Shown here one piece after another: positions 44,449 through 58,000 of a stretch of 64,000 nucleotides of DNA (positions within the stretch are counted from its first letter, which is position 1; every line of letters starts with the position of its first letter). Below the pieces are notes generated by a model. That model saw nothing but the letters and a program-made list of their open reading frames with translations. It was not told the DNA's origin and did no database searches. This DNA comes from the human T2T-CHM13v2.0 reference genome, Homo sapiens: the NCBI RefSeq assembly GCF_009914755.1, contig NC_060931.1. The stretch is one strand, 5' to 3'. A program made the translations under genes and the position numbers.

Positions 44449-46207
44449 ATAACTTGTTAATTAAGCTTTATGATCAGAAAAGGTATCTGTGAATTCTAGC
44501 TGAGTATTGCTTTCTGTAGGTGAGATATCTGGCTGGTATTTATTTTATTTTATTTGCTGTTAGGTATAATAAAGACTAAAGTTTTTTCTTATGCCAAAAA
44601 TAAAATAAAAAGAATAGCTGAGGGCAAAGAAGTACAAATAGAGGCTCAATAAATGTGCTAATTATTTTTTCTCTGTTGAAGGTAACATTTTGGAACAAAG
44701 CTAGAGATGTGACATGGTAGAGCACAGAGGGCTGGATGGGGCTGATGGAGTGCTCTCCTTACAGTGCTGAACCCAGACACAAACGATGCTGGGAGGCCTG
44801 AGCACTGGGGGTCGGAAGTGTTTCTAAAGGATACTGGCTTGCAGAGAGCAGGACTCTAAATTCAGGCAAGGGACACAGGAATAGTCCTTTATTTAAGGAT
44901 GGGGGCAGAGGTAGGGTAAGCTGGGCTCAGAGATTTGGGCACAAAGGAGGTAGGAGCTCCTTTCCCAGACATGCAGTTCAAGGTGGGAGCAAGAGTGAAG
45001 GGCACAATGCCAGGACTGGACCCTGCAAGCCAGACCCGAGGCTGAATTCTCAGTTGGCCCACAACACCGACGTTGCTTTTTTTCACTGACCAGGCTCAGG
45101 GTGGCTGAGGCTGCAGGGGCTCCAACTTGGGTGGGGAGGATGGTCATGTCATCCTAGCTCTAGGTTGAGGGGAAATGCTGAGTCTGATGTTGGAGTCTTT
45201 AGTTGCTATCTGACCTTTAGCTCTGGCATAATTACTTTTCTGAGGAAATTATTCTAAGGTCACTTTTGGTTGCATACTGAGTCAGTCGGCAAGACTTGCC
45301 CCAGGCCTGTGACTCAAAGCTCTGTTCCTGTGCAGCATAAATACCTACATCCTACCAGGCCTGGTGGACCCTCGGTTGCCCCTTGGCTCTGCTCCCTCAG
45401 GCCTTGGGCCATGCTGCTGCCCTCGGTCAGTCCCTGGCTCCTGAGGAGGGCTTGAAGAGGACTGTTAGCCTCCTGACTCTGCCACTCCACCCAGGGGTTC
45501 TGTCCTCCAGGAACTGCTCTCTTTGGCCTCAGATCCACCTCTTCCCTCAAGGCCCAGGCGTGGTAGAGCTAACCCTGTTGTGCCTAGCTTTTCTGGCTTC
45601 TGAAATCTGGACAAGGAAGACCCAGTGACTTCCCCTGGAAAAATTCCTGGAAACTCTATTTTAAGAGGGCTCCTTCTTTCTAGGAACAGAAAGATGGCCT
45701 TTGTTTATTTCCTGTCTCCTATAAAAGAAGCTTCCAAACCTGCCAGCATCATGGCTCAGTGTATTCACCCCTGAGCCAGGCATCTTGCTGGAAAACACAA
45801 AGTGTCTCTTTTACTCTTTAATTCAGTGGCTCTCACACATGAACGTGTACAAGAATATCACCAGCAGAGTTCAGGGCCCCTTCCTGGGAAAGTCTGATTC
45901 CGTAGATCTGAAGTAGATAGTTTTAGGCCCCCTTAATGCTGATGCAGCTGTTGAGAACTGAATTGCCTTCAGGGGCTGGGGGTGGCCATCTGCAATTGCA
46001 AGAGCTGCTACGTGCTGAGCTGCTTGTCTTGTGGCCTAAATTAGGGCTCCTGCCCAGTTACTAAGCCTTTTAAAATACTTTGCTGGCCAAACACTATACA
46101 TGCCAGAGGGCTGTAGTTTGCAATTGTTCATCTAATGCTTCTGGAAAGCATTAGGTTCAGGGAGCTGAAGGGTAACTATTTGTTGGAGTAACAAGGGGAA
46201 GGGATTT

Positions 46208-46470
46208 CTTATTTGTTGAGTGCTTACTATATGCTGAGCACTGTGTTCAATACTTTTATATCCTCTATCCATTTAATCCTAATAAAGCTCGGCAAAGTAG
46301 GTGTTAATACCCTCACTTACAGATGAGGAAACTGACACTCAAGAGAGGTGAAGTAACTTGCTAAGGTTTCCACAAGTGGGTGGCAGAGCTAGGATTTGGG
46401 TGTAGAGCCAGGATTTGAGTACAGAGTTAGGATTGGGTGCAAGTCCACTTGACTTTAAGGCTGGTGTCCA
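46208..46470 (-). mobile_element. MIR
   Basis: ttgagtgcttactatatgc...ttacagatgaggaaactgac...aagtaacttgctaaggt. Confidence 0.85.
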
Positions 46471-46599
46471 TCCCCAGAGGGCCTGTTACTTCCTTCTATT
46501 CCATGCTGCTTTCCTGGAGGAAGAAGACATCCAATCCCCAACTTCAGGATGTGAGTGCCTAGTGGCCTGCGAATTACTCTTGGGCAGGGTCTTGTATTG

Positions 46600-46860
46600 C
46601 AAGGTGGATAACAGCACAGACCCTGGACTCTGATAGCCTGGGTAGGAATCCAAGTTCTGCCACTTTTTAGCTAAGTGATGTTGGATATATTACCTAACTT
46701 TCCTGCACCTTGTTACATCATGTATATACAGAGTGTAATTATAGTATCTATCATGAGATTACTATGAGGATTAAAAGAGTTAGTACAAGCACAACACTTA
46801 GTGTCTGCTATATAACAACCACTATCATTGGCTGCTATTACTATTATTATCAGTACTACT
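46600..46860 (+). mobile_element. MIR
   Basis: gcctgggtaggaatccaagttctgccact...tgaggattaaaagagttag. Confidence 0.7.
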
Positions 46861-47389
46861 AAGGATCTTCATAGCCTTATTGTGTAGCAGCATGGCGTTT
46901 GGCCTGTCACTGGGGCTTAGTGAATGTTGGTGAATGAATATATCCCAGTTAGCTCTTCCATGGTCATTCTTCCTTTCTCCCATTTACCCATAATCCTTCT
47001 ACCATCCTTTCCCACCCCTTCTCCTGCTCCCTAAGCCGCAGAAGCATGGAGGTTTGTATCTTCAGGCTGTGTCTGCGCATGAGGATTTTAAGGTTAGTTA
47101 TGGGAAGGCGCTTGCAGCTGGATCACCATCTGTCTGTGTCTTCTGTATCTGTGTATTTCTATGGGTGGACATATCTATAAGAGAATGACTATTACATGCA
47201 TTTGCATCTTGGAGCATGATTTTGCATTTTTGGTTGTGTCTTTAGTAATGAGAATGTATAAGAGTGGATATCTACATGTGCAGGTGTCTTATATGGAGGG
47301 GTGCTGCTACTCCCCTTGAATTGGAAATTAGTCAAATGAGGGTTTTGGAGAAGCATAGTGAGTGAAGGAAAGATTGGTAGTAAAACCAA

Positions 47390-47465
47390 CCTTTCTTCTT
47401 TCCTCCCCTTCCCTCCCTCCGTCCCTCCTTCCCTTTCTCCTTCCCTTTCTCCTTCCCTCCCTCCT
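47390..47465. repeat. Polypyrimidine (CCTT/CCCT) low-complexity tract
   Basis: About 75 nt almost purely C/T. Confidence 0.9.
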
Positions 47466-48141
47466 GTGTTCTAATAGAGGAGTGCATTTGGGGTAGTGGA
47501 AGCAGGGGCTGTGGTGCAGAGGAGGTGAGGCTGGGTGGTGGTGAGGCTGGGTGGTAGGGGTGGGAGGCAGGCAAGGAGAGCCTTGTAAGCCGTGTTTAGC
47601 AACTTGACTTTTATCTCAGAGGAATCTATGAAAGGAGGGATGTGTTAAGATTTTTGCATTTTAAAAAGAAAAATGCCACATGGAGGATGGACTCCAGGAG
47701 TTCAAGGATGGAGGCTGGTGGCCAGAGGGAAGGCTATTGTGGAAATCAAGGCAAGCGATGAAGAGGGTTATGATGGAAGCAATGGAGAGGAGGGGTGAGC
47801 ATATGCAATCTAAAGAGCAGGACTTGGAGATTAATTGCACATTGGGGAGAAGGAAAGGAAGTCCCTAAGGAGCCCCACGTGGGAGAATGGGCACACCACG
47901 CTGCCATCAGCTGAGACAGAGAACACAGCGAGAGAGACAGGTTGTGGGGGAGTGGGAGAGGGATTGAGCTGAGGATGTATTGAGTTTGGGGTACCCACAG
48001 GACATCCAGTTAAAGATGTTAAGCTGTTGGATGTAGAAGTCTGAACTTTAGAGAGAAATATCCACTTATAGATGGCAATTGAAGCTAGGGATGAAGATAA
48101 AGTTGCCCAAAGAGAACATGTACAGGGGAGAAGAAGAGAAC

Positions 48142-48588
48142 AGCGTTAGGTTTCTGTGCTGCTGTAACAAACTGCCACAAACCTAGTGGCTTAAAACAGC
48201 ACAAATTTATTATCTTATAGTACCAGATATCCAAAGGCTGAAATGGGTCCTAGGGGGCTAAAATCAGGGTGCGAGCAGAGCTGTGTCCCTTCTGGAGGCT
48301 CTAGGGGAGAGCCCATTCCCTGCCTTTTTCAGCTTCCAGAGGCTGCCCACATTCCTTGGCTCATGGCCCCATATCACTCCAACCACTGTTTCTATTGTCC
48401 ATCATCTTCTCCAACTTTAACCTTCTTGCCTCTCTTTTACAAGGACCTTTGAGATTACATTGGGCCTACCTAGATAATTCAGGATTATTTCCTCATCACA
48501 GACCCTCAGCCATGCAAGGTAACATACTCACAGGTTCCAGCGATTAGGATGTGAACATCTTTAGAGGAGCATTATTCTGTCTACCACA
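48142..48588 (-). mobile_element. MLT1C/D-like LTR
   Basis: gctgctgtaacaaactgccacaaacctagtggcttaaaac...ttattctgtctaccaca. Confidence 0.85.
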
Positions 48589-49394
48589 AGGACCTAAAAC
48601 AGAACCCCAAGGTTTACAGACATTAAAGGCACAGACAGAGGAAGAAGAGTGTGCAAAGTAGGCAGGGAAGTTATAGTTAGAGGAGCCAGGAAACCATGGC
48701 CTGGAGATTGGTCAGGGATGGGAGGAGATGGTCAAGAATTTCAAGAAGAGGGAGTGATTGTTCCTGTCAAATGCGATAGGTTCTGCAGGACAAAGATTGA
48801 AAAATGCCTATTGGACTTGAAAATCAAGAAGCAGTTTATTTATTCAACAAATATTTATTGAGCATTTATTGTGTGCCAGGCACTATTCTTGGTGCAGAGA
48901 ATAGAGCAGTGATGGAGGTACAGTCCCTGCTCATATCCTACTGAGGGTGACGGGCAATCAATCAGTCACATGGTTCTAAGTGCCATGTAAGGAATCGAAT
49001 TAAGAAAGGTGTGAGAAGATCTCTGGGAAGATTTCTGAAGACGTGATGTCTAAGCCTGTGGCTGAATGACAAGAAGAGTGGGTCATTTGAATCTTGGGGG
49101 TGGCATCCCAGGCACAGGGAACTACTAGTGAAAAGGCCCTCACTTGGGTGGTCCTTAGCTTGTCAGAGATGGAGAGGAGCTCTATGTGGCTGTGGCATGA
49201 AGATGAAGTGGAGGGCAGTAGGGAGTTAGGTTGGGAGAGGCTGTGAGGATCATGGCTTTGGGCTTTGAATGCCAGGTAAGGAGTTCAGATTTTGTGCTAA
49301 GGTTTTGTTGTAGGAGGGGTCAAGAGTGGAACAGGGAGACTAGTAAAAGAGAAGACTGCAGTAAGAGATGATGTTGGGTTGGACTAGATTTCAG

Positions 49395-50136
<742 letters not shown>

Positions 50137-50599
50137 GCAGTGGAGATGGGGAGAGGTGGCCTGGGGGTAGAGCTGACAGGATTTGTTGATGGGTGGAAAG
50201 TGGGAGGTGAAGGAAAGAGAGCAACTGAGGACAAACTACATTTGTGGCCTGAGCACTCGAGTGGCTGAGGAGTCTCTTTAGCGGGGTTGGAAAGACTATG
50301 GATGGAGCAGATTTGGGGAGGAAAATCAAGAGTTGAATATGTGAGTCAGAAGCTGAGCCAGAGGTATAAATTTGAGGGTCATTAGCATATAGATGGCATT
50401 GAAATAATGACAGTAAATGAAGTCACCCAGGGAGAGGAAGTTTCAGACAACCCTGAACGGCCTTGAAACATCCTAGTTTGGAAAAAAGTATTTTCCAATG
50501 TCGGATATTCTTGACTTTTTGTAGGTCCAAGTCAGGATGCAATTTTTCCCCCACAGCTACATGGGCTCAGTTATATGTATGTTTCTTTTACTTTAACTG

Positions 50600-51055
50600 G
50601 GTTGAAAACTGGACCAAAATATTTTGAAGCTCTTTCTATCAGTGGGTAGAGTCTGTTCTTTCCTCCGAAGTCCTCCCCAACAAAGAAACAGTTGTACTGG
50701 TCTTGGGACTTCCCTTGACCCATGAAAGTGGCAGAAGGGACGTTGAGCTAGTTTCAAGCCCAGGCTCCAGAGGTCTTTCAGCTTCTGCCTTTGGCTTCTT
50801 GGCTCACCCCTGCTGTCATGGAATGAAGCCTGGGCTGGACTTCTCTAGGATGAGAGAGAGGTCCAGCTGACAGCTGGGGCTGAGGCCATTTTGGGCCAGT
50901 CATTTCAGCTGCTGTCTGACTGCAACCAAATGAGTGAGTCCAAGTGAGACCAGCAGAACTGCCTAGTCAGCCGACAAGACTGGAAGAAATAAATAGATTG
51001 TGGTTGTTTTAAGTCACATACTTTTGGGGTGGTTGATTACACAAAGGGATACACT
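50600..51055 (+). mobile_element. Old MLT1 (G/H-like) LTR
   Basis: gtggcagaagggacg...gagaccagcagaactgcc...ttgttttaagtcac...ttttggggtggttg. Confidence 0.65.
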
Positions 51056-51439
51056 TGGTGTAGACCTTGTATCCAGATAAGCAGGATAATATGGAAGAAA
51101 AGAGCTATACTGTTCAGGGTCATGGAAATAAATCAGGATTTAATCTAGATGCATGATTAAATGAAAATCCAAAAGGTCACGAAATAATACATCATTCATG
51201 AAATGATAAAATACAGAAGGTACATCTCAGAGACCAAATGTCATTCATTTAATTATTCCTTCAACAAATATTTAAGGGTCTGCTCTCTACAATATGCCTG
51301 GCAGGGTGGTAGATGAAGGACACAGAGGAAAATGGGACGAACACTCAAAATACTGTCACTGACTCTCCCCTTGGCGTTTATTGTTGAGTGTACAGCATCC
51401 CTGTGTGCTAGAAATGGCCGTGGAGATAGAAAATGTGGT

Positions 51440-51680
51440 TAACAATAATAATGGCTGCCATTGATTGACCTCTCACCAGGTCTCATGTACTTTATATTCA
51501 TTATCTTATTTAGACCTCACCACAACCCTGTGTGGTGGGGATTATTCTTCTTCATTCCACAGCTAAAGAAACTGGGTCTTGTAAAGGATAAGTGGCTTGG
51601 CCAGGATTACACAGCTGGAAAGGGGTGGATGAGGCACCAGCTGAGTCTGACTCTCAAGTTTATATTCTTTCCACCAGGTT
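51440..51680 (-). mobile_element. MIR
   Basis: cctcaccacaaccctgtg...aagaaactgggtc...taagtggcttggccagg...tctgactc. Confidence 0.65.
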
Positions 51681-52030
51681 GCCTATTTTCCATGAGTCCC
51701 TCACCTGACTCTAAGGCAGGGGCTAGGTCCAGATTGTAGGATGGGCTCGGTGGATCCTGTGGTCAGACGGAGTCCCTGACTGGGCTGGCAATTAGCATCG
51801 GGAGGATTGATGGTGAAAGTCCCTGTGGAGATATAGTTCTCTCTCTGCACAAGGAGAATCAGGACCTCAGTGGGAGGGGAAGGCCATGTGAACCCACGCC
51901 ATCATGATTTTAATCTGTGTGATCTTGAAAGACACCCCTCCTTCCTGCCAAATAGGTCTTAACAGGCAGGGCTACTCTAGGACATTGTCTCATTGTACCA
52001 GATTCAAGACTCAGCCACATGTAGGGGGTG

Positions 52031-52165
52031 TGAGTCAGCTACAGGGGGGGTGCCCCTCACCTCTCAGGTCCCTTCTGGCCACACTGTGTCCTGTGGGCTC
52101 CACAGCATGGATGCTGCAGCCAGGATTCACGGGTGCAGCCTGACACGTGACGTCACAGCCATTGG
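52031..52165. promoter_or_regulatory. Candidate regulatory element: AP-1, overlapping E-box/CRE, inverted CCAAT
   Basis: TGAGTCA 52031-52037, CACGTG 52144-52149 overlapping TGACGTCA 52148-52155, ATTGG 52161-52165. Motif evidence only. Confidence 0.45.
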
Positions 52166-53049
52166 ACAGTGTGCTACAGTGGGGGCAGTAAGCTAAGATC
52201 CACAGAGGACTTCCCTGTCTCTGTGACTCGTAGGGAGAGAGGGGGCTCAGTGGCCAGTGAGTTGCCCTATGCTGAGAGGCATGGCACTGTGCAGGATTGG
52301 AGGAAGCCTGTGGCAGCTGCCTCCCTGGAGCACATGTGGATAAAAAACTCCCAAGCCAGGAGACCAAAGTCAGCATTCAGGATGGGATGCAGGCTGACTG
52401 AGCCCCACACTAGGAGGCTGGGAAAGACTCTTGGCCCTGGGAACAGGCATAGAGCGCTCTTGCAGCAGCCGGGCTTTTCGGCCTCCAGCCCAGCGTGGGT
52501 TGCTCTCTGCAGGGAGGCCCTTCTTGGTGGCTCAGGACTGGTGGGCACCGTCTCTGGGAGGAAGGGCCTCAGAGTTCTGAAATGTCATGCTGGTGTGGCT
52601 TCCAGACTTCACAAAATTGGGGTCACCTCAAAGACAGTGATCACCTCTTTTTGCTTCCTGATGCTCATTTATAGACTCCAGGTTTCTGCGAGTCCTGGAA
52701 CTTGAGGGCAGAGTGTGACCCTCTGTCACTTCTACATCAAGAGACCAAGCTTTGTCCTGACTGGGATACTTAGGAGGGTTTTGAAGTTAAAGTTTTTTTC
52801 TGAGATAGCATTGTGGACTCAGGAGCAAGAACATTAGCAGGGAATTGGGAGGTGGAAAGTGGGCTCTCTCGTCCAGTGGTTCAGTGGGGGGCCTCCAACC
52901 CGAGGGGCTGCTTCTCCCCTTGGACACAGCTGGCCTTTCCACTGGACAGGCAGTTAGGTAGACTCTATTAGACCCCCGTGGAGGCCAAGGCCAAATCTCA
53001 AAATACGTTCATTTCTCTTTTTAAATAATAGTTACTATTCATTTTCTCT

Positions 53050-53275
53050 AATAGCAGTAGCTAACATTTACTAGACATTTACTATGTGCCAGGAATTGTG
53101 CTAAGCACTTCACAGAGATTATTTTATTTAATTCTAGGAGATAGTACCAGAATCCTTTTTTCAACAGATGGTGAAAAGGAGGTGCAGAGAAAGTAGATAT
53201 TTTGTCTTAAGTCACATGGCTGATAAATCGTGGAACCAAAAATTAAACCAAGGCCTGAACACTTAACTGTTCTTC
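53050..53275 (-). mobile_element. MIR
   Basis: gctaacatttact...tactatgtgccagg...gtgctaagcactt...acagatggtgaaa. Confidence 0.75.
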
Positions 53276-53299
53276 TTTCAGATGAAAGACACATGCTTT

Positions 53300-54150
53300 C
53301 GGTGAAAATTTGCAAAACATAAAAAAGCCAGATTGTCTATAGTTTCTCTATTCACAGATAGCAACTGTTAATATTTTTTCCATGTACCCACATGTGTATT
53401 TTTTTTAAACAAATGGATTTGTGAAAGTGCTGATTTATAGACTGCTTTCCCCCATCTCTGCAATATATTTTGAACATTTTCCAACGTTGAAGATTTTTTC
53501 AACACCTCGATTTTTAGTGGCTGCAAAGTATTTCATTATCTCAGAATCCATAATTTACTTTTAAAAATCTCTCCCTTTTGTTGGAACTTTAGTTTGCTTA
53601 TAAATTTTGTTGTTATAAATAATGCCATGGTAAGCAACTTTGTTCAGGCATCTTTGCAAATAGACTGCTTGAGGATAAATTCTATTAGTGCTATTTCTGC
53701 ATCAAAAGGCATGTACATTTAAAAGCTTTTGGTATTATTGCAAAAACGTTTTCCTGAAGATTTACACTAATTTACTTTCCCACTAGCAGAGTATGATAAT
53801 ATTCATTCTTCACAACTCTGCTGACAGTGAGTATTTCATTATTTTTAAACTTTGTAAATTTTCTCATGTGAAAAATACCTTTTTAAATGACAATGGACAC
53901 TTTTTATATGTATTGGTCACTTGTTTTTCTGTGAATTGCCTTTATTTTATTAGAATGTTTATCTTTTTCATATTGATTTGGATGAGCTCTTTATATAAGA
54001 CATAAGCATTTTGTCCTATGTTACAGATATTTTTCCATTTATCATGTACTTTCATTTTTATCATATCTTTAACATACAGAAGTTTTAAATTTCTAGGTAA
54101 TCAAATCTACCAATCTTTGGCCTTATTGTTTTTACTTTTGGTTCTATGCA
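53300..54150 (-). mobile_element. L1ME-like fragment
   Basis: ttttagtggctgcaaagtatttcatt...actaatttactttcccactagcag. Confidence 0.6.
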
Positions 54151-54879
54151 GGGTGATATAGACACCTTCATTTAAAAAAATCAATTCTTTTACTCATTTT
54201 GAAGTCTTGATGAATATTTATTCAGTGCTGTTCTGTACCTGACACTTTCTAGGCATTGGGGCTACATAAGCAAGGTGGGCAACTTTCCCATTTCTATTTA
54301 CTTTTGCTAACCATCTGAGATTTATTTTTAAATGCGGTCAGCTGGGGGCTGATTGAATGCCTCTGCAGTGGCTCTGTCTTCCATAGGTGGAAAAGATAAA
54401 GAGGAAAATTCTTTAGACAAGGCCAGAATTTGAAGGCTTGGGCCAGAATGGCTTTCTGCCTAAAGGAAACATGTATTACCAAGAGATCAGACAGTAAAAT
54501 TGCAAAGCCCTTGCCTCAGGCCAGCCCATGCCACATGGGTCGCTGAGGTCCTCATTGCTGGAACTGGTCCTCGAGGGCAGGTGTGGGCCCTCATCTAGGA
54601 CAGACCGAGGCTCTGCTATAGACTGGTTGGTGTCTTTGTGCAGTTAGTTCTGCAGAGGTGGCTTGGTATGGATGGGAAAACTTGACCCACTGAAGGTCAT
54701 GTGGCTCCCCTAAACTGATCACACAGTAGTGTCCTTTGTCAGAATCTTGCTTTTCTGGGTCAGGGCAGCTGTTCCTGCACATGTGTTTTCCAGTAAACAT
54801 TGGATCCTTTCTCCATGGAAAGGCGATGGGCCTGGATCCACGGTGGCCCTTGGATACTTATAGTTCTGTTTCTTCATGA

Positions 54880-55248
<369 letters not shown>

Positions 55249-55976
55249 TCAGCTCAGGTTAGGAAAGGAGAAAACAGGTTGGTTTTCTTGCTGTTGCCCA
55301 AACTTGGCCAATCTGTGGAGGACTCATAGGACACAGTGTTAGGCGGGTCCAGGGCTGAAAACAGGGGACAGGTGTGGGCAGCAAGAATCAGGATACTGTG
55401 ATTTTAGGCAGAAGATTTAGACAGAGAAGTAGTTTGTAGAGATCACATTAGGCACATGTGAGTCGGGTACTCATCATACAGGGATGCAGCCCATGGGACT
55501 CTTGCTGCCAAGGATCTGGGTAGGAGCTCTTTTTTCCTTGCTAATTCTGTTTTTCCCTCTCTGAGTATCCCTGTCTGTGGGGATGGCTCTTCTTAATTTT
55601 AGGGCAGGCCATGACTCCCTGATGGGGGCATAGCACCCCATGGTCTAAATACACCCACCATGATTTTAAGCTCTCAGCAGTTTAACAGCTGGCACACAAA
55701 ATGAAGCTTTTGGTTCTGAGCTGTTGGCACAGGCTGGCTCCAGCACATCATCAGCAGTGCCCTCACCCTTCCAGTGGTGCTTGGCTTCCACGTCTGATGG
55801 AAGGGGTATGTGTGCTCAGCCATCCTGGGGTCAGGCTAGCATCTGAGGTGCCAGTAGCCCTGGCAACCTGCTGGCTCTTCAAGGAGGTCTCAGTTTCTTC
55901 CCAGGCAGGGCCATTTTCTTTTGTTATTCAATCTCTGCCCAGACTTGGGGCATGAGTCCTGGCATCAGGCATCTTA

Positions 55977-56312
<336 letters not shown>

Positions 56313-57149
56313 TCAGTGACTCCCTTAGACACTTGAGCTTATTTTGTATTTCTAGCATGATTCTGCAAATCTCACTCATAGTACTGATTGCTCTGCCAAT
56401 AACCAGCTCTGTAACTGGGGGAAGATCAATTACCTTCCTTGTGCCTCAGTGTCCTTCTGTGTAAAATGATGGCTTTGGAACTGGATCTCTGAGGTCTTTT
56501 CCAGCCCTACTATGCCATGATTATAAGAATTTTTAAATGACAGCAGTATTTATAGGCAATGATATTACTAAGGCAGTGTTGAGGCTGACTTGAAATCTGT
56601 GTGAAGCAGAGAACATGCAAAGTCCCTTGGGAAAAAAGCGGTTATTTTTGAGTACCATAGAGCCTAGTAATAAAACACAGATTCAAAAATGAAAAACGTC
56701 AGCCACATTTCTTAGGTACAAAAGATGGACACCTTGAAAGATGATGGGGTTAATGGATTCAGCTCTGATGCTCCCAGTGACTTCAGCAGAAGAAGAAAGG
56801 GCCTCCTGGGAAATCAACAGGAACTTGTTTAGACGGATCAACTCTAAATTATGGAGGGATTATCCAGGTTAAATCTTGCTTTCATGCTTTTTGACTGCAT
56901 CTATTCTGCGTAATTACTTACTTGGTTGGCATCTCAGATTTCCTCTCTTTTCTTGCAGCCTGCAGGGAATTCCTTTGATGAGATGGGGTGGGATGGTGAA
57001 AAAGCTGTGGATTAGAAATCAGGAGACCCAATTTCTAACTGGTTGTAAGGCTCTAGCAGATCATTTCTCCAGCCTGGGTTTCAGATGCATCTGTTGATAA
57101 ATGAGGGATTTGGGGTAGGTCAGTGGTTTGTAACCAGGGGATGTTTCAG

Positions 57150-57500
57150 AATGCTGCTGATCTAAGCTGGGCTGGCCTCCCAGCTATAGTTGGGGCTCAG
57201 GTCTTCTCCACCCAGCTCCCAGCTTTCAGTTTTCTGGGGCCAGCAGACGACCCTGAGTATATCCTTCTCTTAGCAGTGGTGAAAGTGGAAACACGCAGTA
57301 CTTCTGGAGGCCTGGGGGAGCTGAGGCTCACTGTCCCTTCTGCCCTCTTCCCACTGGCCAAGACAAGTCACATCGCCAATCTGGACAGACCTGGGACGGG
57401 GATGGATGCTCTGCCTCTCTTGGTGCAAACTACCAAGTCTCATGGTGATTTTGAGGACAGGAAAGGGTGAAGAATTGGGACAGTTGGTGCAGTCTACTGG
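57150..57500 (-). mobile_element. Old MLT1 (J/K-like) LTR fragment
   Basis: ggccaagacaagtcacat...agggtgaagaattgggacag...gcagtctac, similar to the copy at 63.2-63.7 kb. Confidence 0.55.
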
Positions 57501-57621
57501 AGAGGACCACACCCTTCCTCCTCTCATGCTGGAGTCCTAGGAGATGAGCTTCCTCATTTTATAGAACAGCTTTAAGGCAAGAAGCATAGCAAAGCAAAAC
57601 AGATCCTCTCTTTCCTACTCC

Positions 57622-57664
57622 TGCGCGCGTGCACACACACACACACGCACACACACACGCACAC
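57622..57664. repeat. Alternating purine-pyrimidine (CG/CA)n tract
   Basis: tgcgcgcgtgcacacacacacacacgcacacacacacgcacac, 43 bp. Confidence 0.93.
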
Positions 57665-57710
57665 CAGCCAACCAACAAGCAAACAAATGAAACTCAAAGC
57701 ACCCAGGGAC

Positions 57711-57742
57711 AATAACAGAACAACAACAACAACAACAACAAC
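57711..57742. repeat. (AAC)n microsatellite
   Basis: aataacagaacaacaacaacaacaacaacaac. Confidence 0.9.
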
Positions 57743-57864
57743 ACGGAGAGAGGAGGTCTGGGTCCAAGAGAGTAACAGCTGCTTCCTCATCTCTCTCAGC
57801 AGCCCGACCCCAGGTCCTGTCGCTGGCAGTCTTACTCAAAAAAACTTTTAGTTGTAACTAAGCC

Positions 57865-58000
57865 CAACTTGCACATCTGTGAAATGGGGATGATAACCCC
57901 AATCTCACTCCTCGCAGGTGACTGTGAGTTCCGAGCGAGGTAACAGTGATGACGCTTCCGGCGTGATGCCTGGCACATCATGGTGATAAGATGTTAGTTT
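57865..58000 (+). mobile_element. MIR core fragment (CpG-rich)
   Basis: catctgtgaaatggggatgataa...tgcctggcacat...atgttag. Confidence 0.65.

Noticed and set aside
45824-45960. Possible MER5/hAT-Charlie remnants here and at about 340-480, 13440-13630 and 26600-26815
   Set aside because: The similarity is too degraded to call without an HMM search.
52169-52705. 178-aa ORF just downstream of the E-box/CRE motif
   Set aside because: It starts at GTG, has no recognisable homology, and lies in GC-richer sequence where stop codons are rarer.
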